In this document: piece after piece, positions 1-9,625 of the stretch
Layout of the letters: every line of letters begins with the position of its first letter
Position numbering within the stretch: the first letter of the stretch is position 1
Source of the DNA: Monocercomonoides exilis PA203
Lineage: Eukaryota; Protista; Preaxostyla
Length of the DNA stretch: 64,000 nt
Assembly (NCBI GenBank): GCA_001643675.2
Contig: LSRY02000046.1
Coordinates: 310,001 to 374,000 of the forward strand
Reading direction: 5' to 3'
Position numbers and translations under genes: made by a program
Notes under the pieces: generated by a model
The model's input: only the letters and a program-made list of their open reading frames with translations
Database searches by the model: none
What the model was told of the DNA's origin: nothing

Positions 1-3000
1 ATTCTAAAGGGGATAATTTCTGTCAAATACATCACTTTTCTTCATCAACCGAATTCTGAGGCATTTAATGCTCTTTTTGAGATAAACTCGGAAAAAAGTG
101 GAGTTATAAACGTTATTCAATGCAAATTTATGGCAAATTCCGAAATGGAAACAGAAAAATCGAATAAATCTCCTGTTTTTCTTGTCACAAGAGGAGATTT
201 GTGCATTGAAAAATGTCTATTCACTGACCTCTCTTTTTCTGGTGAGTCAATTATAAGTTGCAAAGCTAAAGAAAACTGCGCAGTTCAAATATGGGTTAAA
301 GATTCGGATTTTAATAATGTTAGTACAATTCATGCCACTTCTGAACAAGGAGAATTAAAGCCATCTTCTTGTATTTCTGGAGTTTTAAATACGAAAACTA
401 TTTCAGATGAAGAAATGGGGCAAATCAATGCAGGAGATAAATTAAGTATAACTGGATGTTCATTCAATGGCTGTTGGACGGCTATTTCTTCAAAGGGAAC
501 AGGAGGAGCAATAGGAATGAAAATAGAAGGAGAGCAAGCTGTGTTTATTGTGCGAAGTAGCTCTTTCAGTCATTGTGGAGTGGTTAATCGTGTTCCAAAA
601 TCAGAAAGCGACGAAAGCAGTCTTTCTGGTACAGGAATTGGAGGAGGCGTTTATGTGAACATGGATTGTAATGAAAATCACGTGAAATTTGAAAAAGTGC
701 AATTTGATAGCAACTGCAAAGGAAGCGAAGGGAAAAAGCTATTCATTCAGAACACAAGTTCGATTGCTTTGAGCTACTATCATTTTGCTGATGTGTTTTT
801 AGACACTGAACTCGGTCGGCCTGACACATACGATAATCTCTACATGTGTGGTTCACCTTCTGGCCCATCAATCAATCTTTTGACTGTTTGTGCAGGGAAT
901 AAAGTGGATTATGTTAGTGAATTAGGTGAAGATGAGCTTGGATGTGGGCATTATGGCTCATCAGGAAAAGCATGCAAATCATTGGGAATGGCTTTGCAAC
1001 AATGCAATTGGAAGACACACGATGTTGAAGTGAGTGGGACAGTTTATTGCGATTATGCTGTTAACACGGGCGACACTTCATGGACGCTCCGAGCACCTTC
1101 TTCAGGAACGGCTGAGGTACAATTTGCACTTAGCGAAGCACCAGCCACAAGAAAACAAGCAAATGAAGTGACTCAAACAGAATTTGATGAAGCATTTTCT
1201 TTGTTTTTCAATGCTGATCCTTTGTACAACACTTTTATCACCTCCACAGGGGGAAGAGTGGAATTCAAATCAATAGCCATTGCTTTTAATCCAACTACAT
1301 ACAGCAGTTCAAGAATAAGAAACGGATTTAGAAAGACAAATGGAGAATTTGTGATGAACAACGTGGAAGTTAAAGCAATATCAGGTTCTCCTTCTCCTTC
1401 TCCATCAGCTTATCTCGAGTCATATTTAAATATTACATCGAATTTGATTACTATTAAAAGCTGCAACATAAACTCAGTTTCTCACACACATAACTCAAAC
1501 CCAACAACTCCCTTTCGCTATGAAGTTATTCCATTTATTTCTTCAGATGGAACAATAAGCAATGGAAAGATGACAATCACTGGAGGAACATACAAAGGAG
1601 TGAAGACATCATATGGCAAAGGAGCATGTTATAATATTGTTCTGAAGGATAAAAGCTCACTTTATATAAGTGGAGCCATTTTTGGAGGAGATCCCGCAAA
1701 TGAAGCCATAAGTGCAGTTCAAGGTGGATGTATTTATGTTGAATGGAAGGAAACGGGAAGCAAGAATTTATTGAATAATGCTAAGAACAAAGGAAATAAT
1801 GAAATTTCTTCAAAATTTGAAGAAATTTCAATGAAAAATTCACACTTTCCAAATGCTGAAGCTGACAATGATCAAATTGTCTCCATCACCGATTGCTCCT
1901 TTACTAACAGCAAATGCACTCCTTCATCAAGTTATATAACCAATGGTGTTTATCCATTGGGAGGCGCTGTATATGTGACAGCTCCGCCTGAGGCGAAAAT
2001 TTTGTTGAAAAATTTGGCATTTTCGAATTGCTGCGCAACGTCAGGTAGTTCTTCATCAATGGACAGTTATGTGAAAGGGGGTGCTATTTATGCTGTGATG
2101 AAGACTAATCCATCAACATTGGCATACGATACGATCACATTCGAGAACCTTTCATTCACTGATTGCTCTACAAATAAAAGTGGAACAACTTTCACAAAGA
2201 GAGGGAAGCATATTTTCTTTGAAGGAAGCGATATTCCCAGCGTTATTCGCCATTTCCAGTTTAAAGGGGTTATGCTCGATGTAATAATGGCGTTAGATGA
2301 TGATACTTATGCCTATGGAACTTCAGGCAGTTTGACAACTACTTTCGATTTATCTCCACACTTAAAGAATAAGAAGCAATTTGTTAGCAGCACTGGAAAT
2401 GATAATAACAGAAATGGACACGAATGCGGGCTTGTTGCATCTGAAGCCTGCAAAACAATAACACAAGTGCTTCGTTCGGACTCTTTTCTAGGAAAGAGCA
2501 TTTTTATTGATAAAATGGTGAATATTAATCAAATGGTAGCAATTGGAGAAGTTGCAGTGAGCTTTCAAGGGATACAAATTACTGCTGGAAGCAATGCTGA
2601 AGGTGATGATTTAATTGATGGAATCGTCTTCACTTCTTCATCATCAATTCCAACTGCTTATTTGACTTGCTCCAATTCAACAGAGTTCAAAAACTTGCTT
2701 TTTTCAATCCCAAATTCATTGGGTGATGCTTCCACTTTGATTTTGATTGAAGACAGTTCTGATTCTTCTTTATCCATTTCGAATGTTAAAATAACCTTCT
2801 CCAATCCTTCTTCTTCTTCTTTGTCTTATCGTATTTTTGGTGCAACACTTTCAAAGTCATCAAGAATTGATAATTTCATCGCGAGCAATATTTTGCTAAA
2901 CCAAGCAGAATTATGCTCATTTTCCACAAAAAATACACTTTCTTTGGAAGGAATTAAATTCACAAACATCACTTTGGATTATTCAACACCTAGTTCTTTG

Positions 3001-6000
3001 CTTACAATCATTCGAACTTCTGGCTCTTACCAAATTAAACTTGGTGGGACGTTCAAACGGATTAATTGCCCACAATGCGAAGGAGCTATTGCTCATATTA
3101 TTCAAAACAGCATTGGAAGAATAGACATTTTATCTTCTTCTGTATTCGGGGATGAAGTTGAGGCAAATGGAATTACTTCATTTAAAGGCGGGGCAATTTA
3201 TATTGAAGATAAAACTTCTTCTTCTTCTTCCAGCTATTCAATAAACATTGGTGGAACTTATACAAACTGCTATATTAAGAAAGGTACTGCAATGAATACA
3301 CAAGCAATTGGAGGCGCTGTATATGTAGAAGTTCCATCAAGTTGTTCTCTTTCTCTTTCTAATGCAAGATTCAAGAGTTGCTTCTGTCTTGCTTCTGATT
3401 CAGAAGGAGGGGCTGTTTATGCGAAAATGAAGGAAAAATCTTCTCTTTCTGTTTCTTCTTGTTTATTTGAAAATTGCTATGTTACTCAACAAAGCGGATC
3501 AACTGACACAAACCTGAAAAAACTTGGAGGAGCTATTTATCTTCAGCAAGACGTTAATATTGTCATAAATTCTGTTTCTGTTTCAAACACGAATTTCATT
3601 CATTGTCATTGTGTTTCTGTGAAATCGCCTTCTCATTCATATTCTCTTCCTTCTTCATCTGGCGTTTCTAGTGCCGAATCAATAGGCGCTTGTTTAGCTT
3701 GCACTTTGTGTGAAACTTCTTTCTTTTCACTCGAAAATTGTAAGTTTATTGATTGCGTCTGTGCTGGAGGCGATTCTTGCGTTGGAGGAGCTGTTTATGT
3801 TTTGTGGAAAGGAAGAGGAACAGCTCCTGATAAAGCAACAGTTTCTATCAAAAATTGCGTTTTTGATGAGAATGAAGCTGATTCTACTGCTGTTATCCCC
3901 GCAAATAAGAAAAGATTGTATCGTTCTTCATTCATTTTGGAACTTTCCCCATCGATTTCTGTGAATTCTAATGCTGATGAAATATTTTCTTTGATTGTGG
4001 ACAATACAGAATTCAATGAAATTACAGTTCTTAAGACAGATCAACCTTGTTTTGGCTCAGTTTTCTCTCTTCTTCTTCCAAAACAATCAAATGTGAAGAT
4101 CACAAATAGCAATTTCTCATCCTGTCATTCAATTGGAGCTGGAGGAGAAGGAGGAGCTATTCATATTGAAGCACCACAAGCTATAGATGAATCAGGAACT
4201 TCGTTAAATTCACCTACAACTGTAATGATACATAACTGCAATTTTTTTGATTGTTCTTCGTTTCATTCTGAAGGGAATTCAGTTCAATTTGGAAAAGGAG
4301 GAGCAGTCTATGTTGAAGCAGATGTATCTGATTGGGATAAAACACTTGTGCAGCTGTGGAGACTGAGCTTTGACAAATGCAAGGCCGTAACGGGAAATAA
4401 TTTGTATCTGAAAAATAGCAATTATGATTATAATAAATGGCCAGTTACGCTTCAGGGAATAGTAACTGCTGAAAACAAAGGCAGTTTTGGTAGTAATGAG
4501 TTTATTTTGGAGGATAAAGATGGGAATAATCAAAATCTTATTCCAAAGCTTGATTCATGGAAGACATATGTTTCATCTTCAAGCACAGAAGATGATATAA
4601 ACTGTGGATATGATGCAAATACTCCTTGTTCAACGTTGCATCAAGCATTAGAAAACGTCAGATTCTTCAAACAAATTGTTTATTTAAATGCTGAAAGTTC
4701 GTCACCACCATCATCATCAATTGTGTTTGGAGAAGGTGTTGATTTCGAAAATAACCAATTTGTGATTACTGGAGACAAAAATTTTGTTTGGCCTTCAACC
4801 TCGACTTCTTCTGTTTCTTCTTCTTCACCTTCTTCTTTCACTTTGTCTTCGCAGACAGCATCTCCTTCTGTAACTGTTGAATTCAAAATTCCCGAGCAGA
4901 AAAGCGCTTCATTCAAAACTTCTTTCCAATCAAAACCGATCCAGCTTCAGTCAAATGAACAATCAAGCAAGGCATTTGTCAAGACAAGTGGAGAAGCACA
5001 AATTGATTTGGTTATTTTGGCTATTCCAACAGAAGGAAACATGCCTGGCGGATATACTTCCATCTTTTTGGCAACTGCTGGTTCACTCAAATTGACAGAT
5101 ACATCAATTGCATATTTATCTACTCCTGCAAACGATAATTTACATAATTATCTTTTATTTGATTTGAATCTTAATTCATTTACAGCAGACAACCTTCAAA
5201 TATCTGGAATGGAAGCAAAAGATCATCCAATTCTTCATTTAAATGCAAAAAGTACAGTTTTATTAGAAAATTGCAATTTAGCTTCATTAGTTCAAAGCAA
5301 TTCAACAATTACTGGTGCTACTTCTCCGTTTGAAATAGAAATAGCAAAAGAAGGAAGCATAACTCTTGAGAATGTTATTGTGCAATCATCTGTTTCTCAA
5401 TCAAATGGAGGATTTATGCGTGTGAATCTTGGTCATGAGTCGAAATTCATTTTGAAAGGAGGCAGTTATAAAAACTGTCACGCCAAAAAGGCAAATAATA
5501 ATGGTGGTTCTGTTTATGGAGGTGCATTTTATCTTTCAATTGCTGATAGAAATGCAATTCCAACAATTAGTTGGGACTCCAATGTTCAATGGGGCGCTAA
5601 TGATGCTACAAATGGCAAAAACATATTTTTTGAGAATGTTAACTTGGTTGCATCGATAGAGAAAAGCAGTTTGCCTTCAGGTGTTTCTTCATCAACCGAT
5701 GAATGGATTGGCCATTTCATTGAAACTTCTCCTACAAAAGAATGGTTTATTCCTTTATTTGAAGCAAAACCAACGAGTGTGCTGACTGATGTGGAAGTTG
5801 GATCAACAGACTCAATTGATGGCAAATTCTGTGGATCTGCAAAATATCCGTGCCGTGTGCTGAATTATGCTGCAACTCGATTGAATACAAATATGTACAA
5901 CACTTTATTAATTCGTAAAGAATCTGATGTAAGTCTCAACGGACAGATGGAAATAAATAGCACAAAATTATGTTCAAACGAAATTACAAACATGCCCACA

Positions 6001-8301
6001 GTCACTGTTTCAGGCTCTCCAATTGTAAGCACAGTGGAAGATCCTCTTATCATCAGCAAGAGAACACTTGATGTCGGAAATCTTACGTTCATTTGCACTG
6101 GCTCAAACAAATTTGGTGCACTGTTTAAAATCAATGCTGGAAATGCTTCATTTACAAACGTGGAGTTTGCTAACGCATCAAGCAATACAAACATTCAGTA
6201 TATTGTTATTCTTGCAACAGAAAGTAGCGAAAAGCTGAAAATAACAGACACTAAAGTTACAAACCTACAAGTTGATTCAAGAAATCCAAAGACTCTATTT
6301 GACATTAAATCTAAAAAGACTTCAATGAATAATGCCTCGTTTAAAAAAAGTAGCAGCAGCCGAGCCAACGATAACGACAGTGATGAAAACGAAGATGCTG
6401 ACTATTTCTCAGACGATGACTCATCGTCCATGATGAATTCTCGCTTTTCAATGGAGGCTGCTTTTCCATCATTGCTTCACAATTCAAACAAATATAAATA
6501 CAATGCCTTACAATCAGAATGCGAATGGCCAGCATCTCTTATAAGTCTGAGGAATCCTCAGATGGATGCACAGATCACTGACTGTGTGTTCGATGGCCTG
6601 CCACAAGGAGCACTTGATGTAGAAGGAGGGACAGTTAGCATTAAAAACGGAGAGTTTGCGAACAACAGAGAAATCTCGTCAAGAGGAGGAGTGTATCGCA
6701 ACGTGCATTGTATGGGAGAAACCTCTCTTTCGTTTGAAGGGACAACATTCAATGGAGTGAGTGAGAGTGAACTGAAGACAAATGACTCGCTGTGGATCTT
6801 AGCCGAAGCTCCATGCAAGGCAACTCACCCTCTTTTGAAGCAGACCCAGAAAAAAGCAAACAGTCGTAGCGTGTTCTCCAAGCTTAATTCAAGTGATAGT
6901 TCCGATGGAGCTATTCGGTCGTTATCTTCTAAAAACAGAAATTCCAACGCTGATGAAGAAGTATCGCTCCTCTCGCTGTACTACACACCAGTGGTGGAAG
7001 CAGTGAATGGAAGCTTAGTGAAAGGGGAGCCCTGGAACTTTACAATGAACTTTAAAGGATCCAATCTCTACGGCTGCCAGATCTTCATGGCGTTGCACGA
7101 TGTGGTTCAGAATATGGACTTCAAATACCCAGTCACGATGTATAATGCCAGCGGCACCCAACTTATATCCACAATGCCCTCTGAGGACCCGTCGTACAAT
7201 AACACAAAGCCGCTTGATCAGGTTCTGCAAGGCTATATCATCTTCCCAGCACAGCCTGGCTCAGACATTCTGTATGAGACGCAGCGATTTCCTGTGTTTG
7301 GCAGGTCAAACAACTCTAACAATACAAACAACACTGAACCAACAAAGCCATCAAATTCAAGCACGACAATCATTATTGCTATTGTTGTTCCTGTTGCTGT
7401 GGTGCTTGTGATAATCATCATCATCGCTATTATTGTTGTTGCGCTTAGCGGAGGAAAGAAGAAGAACAAGAACATAAGAAGCTCAATTGAGATGGAGACC
7501 ATGAAGAATTCAAAGTCAGGCGATGTTTTGGAGGTGCGGTACGAAAGACGTGGCGGCAAGCTGGTGCGTACGGACATTAAACAGAAGACTGTTATGGGAG
7601 GGAAGTACCCAGTGATGGCGTCTCCGATGAAGTTCGACGAGGTTGACGAAGAAGAAAACAGAGAGGAGCTGAAGTATGTGAGCTCCAGCTCGTACAAGCG
7701 CGACTCGCGGGATTACAACGATCCTGCGCAAATCGAACGAGAGCGCGAGCGACAGCGCGAGTTGGAGCGCGACAGAGGCACGATGAGAGCGCGCCCACGC
7801 ACAGAAGACGAGTTCCCAGACGATGTGCAGGACTCTGGAATCGGCTATGGCGACAGCAGCGACACAGGCAGCAAGAGAATGTCGGTTTCAAAGAGGAGTT
7901 CTGTGAGCATGGGCTCATCGTCTACCCTCAGAAGCAGTGCGAGAAGCCAAGCATATCTGCTGAAGAACGAAGAAGAATCAGACGGGGGAAGAGGAAGTGA
8001 TGACTATGCATCTTTGACGCTGAAGAAGAAGAGACAAATGGAAGATGATGTGGTTTCGTCGAGAACAGCACTAAGAGCACATGAGGAGAGAGAGAAAGAA
8101 AAAGGGAAAGGAAAAGGCAAGGGCAAAGGGAAAGGAAAGGGCGATTCTGACTCAGACTCAGATTCAGATTCAGATGAAAGCGACAGCAGCAGCGACAACG
8201 ACAGCGATGAAGACGAGGAGCAAACCCAAAAGGCGATGACGCAAAGATACATGATGTATGCTCCTGAAGGCGGGTCAGACGATATTTACGATTCATTCTA
8301 A
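1..8301 (+). CDS. Giant single-pass membrane/surface protein with GGA[IV]-rich, beta-helix-like ectodomain; 5'-partial
   Basis: Frame 1 is open from base 1 to TAA at 8299-8301, so the gene starts upstream of the window. It has repeated GGA[IV]Y motifs and CG-x4-7-C-x-[ST] modules (CGLVASEACKTI, CGYDANTPCSTL, CGSAKYPCRVL). One TM helix (IIIAIVVPVAVVLVIIIIIAIIVVAL) is followed by a basic stop-transfer (KKKNK) and a low-complexity cytoplasmic tail. Confidence 0.85.
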   Translation: MLKGIISVKYITFLHQPNSEAFNALFEINSEKSGVINVIQCKFMANSEMETEKSNKSPVFLVTRGDLCIEKCLFTDLSFSGESIISCKAKENCAVQIWVKDSDFNNVSTIHATSEQGELKPSSCISGVLNTKTISDEEMGQINAGDKLSITGCSFNGCWTAISSKGTGGAIGMKIEGEQAVFIVRSSSFSHCGVVNRVPKSESDESSLSGTGIGGGVYVNMDCNENHVKFEKVQFDSNCKGSEGKKLFIQNTSSIALSYYHFADVFLDTELGRPDTYDNLYMCGSPSGPSINLLTVCAGNKVDYVSELGEDELGCGHYGSSGKACKSLGMALQQCNWKTHDVEVSGTVYCDYAVNTGDTSWTLRAPSSGTAEVQFALSEAPATRKQANEVTQTEFDEAFSLFFNADPLYNTFITSTGGRVEFKSIAIAFNPTTYSSSRIRNGFRKTNGEFVMNNVEVKAISGSPSPSPSAYLESYLNITSNLITIKSCNINSVSHTHNSNPTTPFRYEVIPFISSDGTISNGKMTITGGTYKGVKTSYGKGACYNIVLKDKSSLYISGAIFGGDPANEAISAVQGGCIYVEWKETGSKNLLNNAKNKGNNEISSKFEEISMKNSHFPNAEADNDQIVSITDCSFTNSKCTPSSSYITNGVYPLGGAVYVTAPPEAKILLKNLAFSNCCATSGSSSSMDSYVKGGAIYAVMKTNPSTLAYDTITFENLSFTDCSTNKSGTTFTKRGKHIFFEGSDIPSVIRHFQFKGVMLDVIMALDDDTYAYGTSGSLTTTFDLSPHLKNKKQFVSSTGNDNNRNGHECGLVASEACKTITQVLRSDSFLGKSIFIDKMVNINQMVAIGEVAVSFQGIQITAGSNAEGDDLIDGIVFTSSSSIPTAYLTCSNSTEFKNLLFSIPNSLGDASTLILIEDSSDSSLSISNVKITFSNPSSSSLSYRIFGATLSKSSRIDNFIASNILLNQAELCSFSTKNTLSLEGIKFTNITLDYSTPSSLLTIIRTSGSYQIKLGGTFKRINCPQCEGAIAHIIQNSIGRIDILSSSVFGDEVEANGITSFKGGAIYIEDKTSSSSSSYSINIGGTYTNCYIKKGTAMNTQAIGGAVYVEVPSSCSLSLSNARFKSCFCLASDSEGGAVYAKMKEKSSLSVSSCLFENCYVTQQSGSTDTNLKKLGGAIYLQQDVNIVINSVSVSNTNFIHCHCVSVKSPSHSYSLPSSSGVSSAESIGACLACTLCETSFFSLENCKFIDCVCAGGDSCVGGAVYVLWKGRGTAPDKATVSIKNCVFDENEADSTAVIPANKKRLYRSSFILELSPSISVNSNADEIFSLIVDNTEFNEITVLKTDQPCFGSVFSLLLPKQSNVKITNSNFSSCHSIGAGGEGGAIHIEAPQAIDESGTSLNSPTTVMIHNCNFFDCSSFHSEGNSVQFGKGGAVYVEADVSDWDKTLVQLWRLSFDKCKAVTGNNLYLKNSNYDYNKWPVTLQGIVTAENKGSFGSNEFILEDKDGNNQNLIPKLDSWKTYVSSSSTEDDINCGYDANTPCSTLHQALENVRFFKQIVYLNAESSSPPSSSIVFGEGVDFENNQFVITGDKNFVWPSTSTSSVSSSSPSSFTLSSQTASPSVTVEFKIPEQKSASFKTSFQSKPIQLQSNEQSSKAFVKTSGEAQIDLVILAIPTEGNMPGGYTSIFLATAGSLKLTDTSIAYLSTPANDNLHNYLLFDLNLNSFTADNLQISGMEAKDHPILHLNAKSTVLLENCNLASLVQSNSTITGATSPFEIEIAKEGSITLENVIVQSSVSQSNGGFMRVNLGHESKFILKGGSYKNCHAKKANNNGGSVYGGAFYLSIADRNAIPTISWDSNVQWGANDATNGKNIFFENVNLVASIEKSSLPSGVSSSTDEWIGHFIETSPTKEWFIPLFEAKPTSVLTDVEVGSTDSIDGKFCGSAKYPCRVLNYAATRLNTNMYNTLLIRKESDVSLNGQMEINSTKLCSNEITNMPTVTVSGSPIVSTVEDPLIISKRTLDVGNLTFICTGSNKFGALFKINAGNASFTNVEFANASSNTNIQYIVILATESSEKLKITDTKVTNLQVDSRNPKTLFDIKSKKTSMNNASFKKSSSSRANDNDSDENEDADYFSDDDSSSMMNSRFSMEAAFPSLLHNSNKYKYNALQSECEWPASLISLRNPQMDAQITDCVFDGLPQGALDVEGGTVSIKNGEFANNREISSRGGVYRNVHCMGETSLSFEGTTFNGVSESELKTNDSLWILAEAPCKATHPLLKQTQKKANSRSVFSKLNSSDSSDGAIRSLSSKNRNSNADEEVSLLSLYYTPVVEAVNGSLVKGEPWNFTMNFKGSNLYGCQIFMALHDVVQNMDFKYPVTMYNASGTQLISTMPSEDPSYNNTKPLDQVLQGYIIFPAQPGSDILYETQRFPVFGRSNNSNNTNNTEPTKPSNSSTTIIIAIVVPVAVVLVIIIIIAIIVVALSGGKKKNKNIRSSIEMETMKNSKSGDVLEVRYERRGGKLVRTDIKQKTVMGGKYPVMASPMKFDEVDEEENREELKYVSSSSYKRDSRDYNDPAQIERERERQRELERDRGTMRARPRTEDEFPDDVQDSGIGYGDSSDTGSKRMSVSKRSSVSMGSSSTLRSSARSQAYLLKNEEESDGGRGSDDYASLTLKKKRQMEDDVVSSRTALRAHEEREKEKGKGKGKGKGKGKGDSDSDSDSDSDESDSSSDNDSDEDEEQTQKAMTQRYMMYAPEGGSDDIYDSF

Positions 8302-9625
8302 AAGCGCCTTTGATGTGCAATTTTTGTGTGTAGTGTAGATAGTAATGTGGGGGATGAATGAAATATAGTTGAAGATTGCTCCTATTAACAGTCAAATACG
8401 AATATTGAACCAGAAAATTAATGACTGAAACTAAACATTCCTCTCTTAAAGCACCTATTCTGAAAGTCAAGCAATTTTTCTAAACACCTTTTTTTATTTT
8501 TATTTTTTTTAAAGTTTTTCTGAAACTCTTCGCAATTAAAGGCAGAAAGCTGGCTCACTCAGAGAATATTTGTGAGGTCTTGATGCTTAACTGAATAATG
8601 ATCTATCTTTGCGATGTATATTACATCAGAAATATCTTCTTTGCTTTCTTTCACTCTGCTCTTGTCTATTGCTTAAATTTAATTTCATTTTAGTTTATTT
8701 TTTTCCTGATTTAAAAGAATATTGCGTTCTTCTTTTTATTTTTATTTTCATTTTTTTTTTTTAGAAAATGCTTGATGTTTAAACTCTTTTGCTAAATGCT
8801 CAATTATATCATCATCCTTCACTTTGTTTCATATCTCAAATTTGTCTTCTTTGTAAGTTTTTGTTTTTGCTTTTTCTTTTAAAAAAAAGATTATCATTGT
8901 TCTCCGAATGTTTTTTGTTCTCGTTCTTAACATATAATTATTTTTTTCTTCTTTTGATGTATTGTTTATATAAAAATTCAGATTTCATTCTCAAATTAGT
9001 TGCGTTAGATGAATGATTTCTTATCGTGCTACAAATATTATATTATTAATCCTATTTCATTTGATCATTTCGCACTTATTATTCTTAATTTAGTATTATT
9101 CTCCGAACAATTTTATATTCTAATGTTTATTAAGGTCTAGTGAACTTTGTGTTATGATACTGTTTAATTCTAAGAATTAATTCAAAGAACTCAACATTCA
9201 TTCTTTTTAATTTTTCAATTTTCTTTTCTATTTACTGTTCTTTCTTCCTCTTCTTTTTTTCTTTTTTTCATCTTTAATTACACTTTTGTATTCCATTTTC
9301 GCATAAGTTTTATTTTATTTTATTTTATTTTTTATTTTGTTTATTTTTAATAAAAAATTTTTTTAAAATTTCATATTTATCTATTTTTAATCTTTTTATT
9401 TCTTGTTAAATATAGCCAAACGACAAATTATTGAATTTTTGTCCACATCACTTAAACGATAAATTAATTTATAATTAAATTTTCAATGCATATTTTTATT
9501 ATTTAAATAAAACAATTTTATTTTCAAATTAAAGTGAAGTCAGTATTTAAATTTAAATAAGTTCATTATCCAAGATGTTAGATTTGAAGTTTTGAAAACT
9601 AATTTTTATTACACTTAAGATCAAA

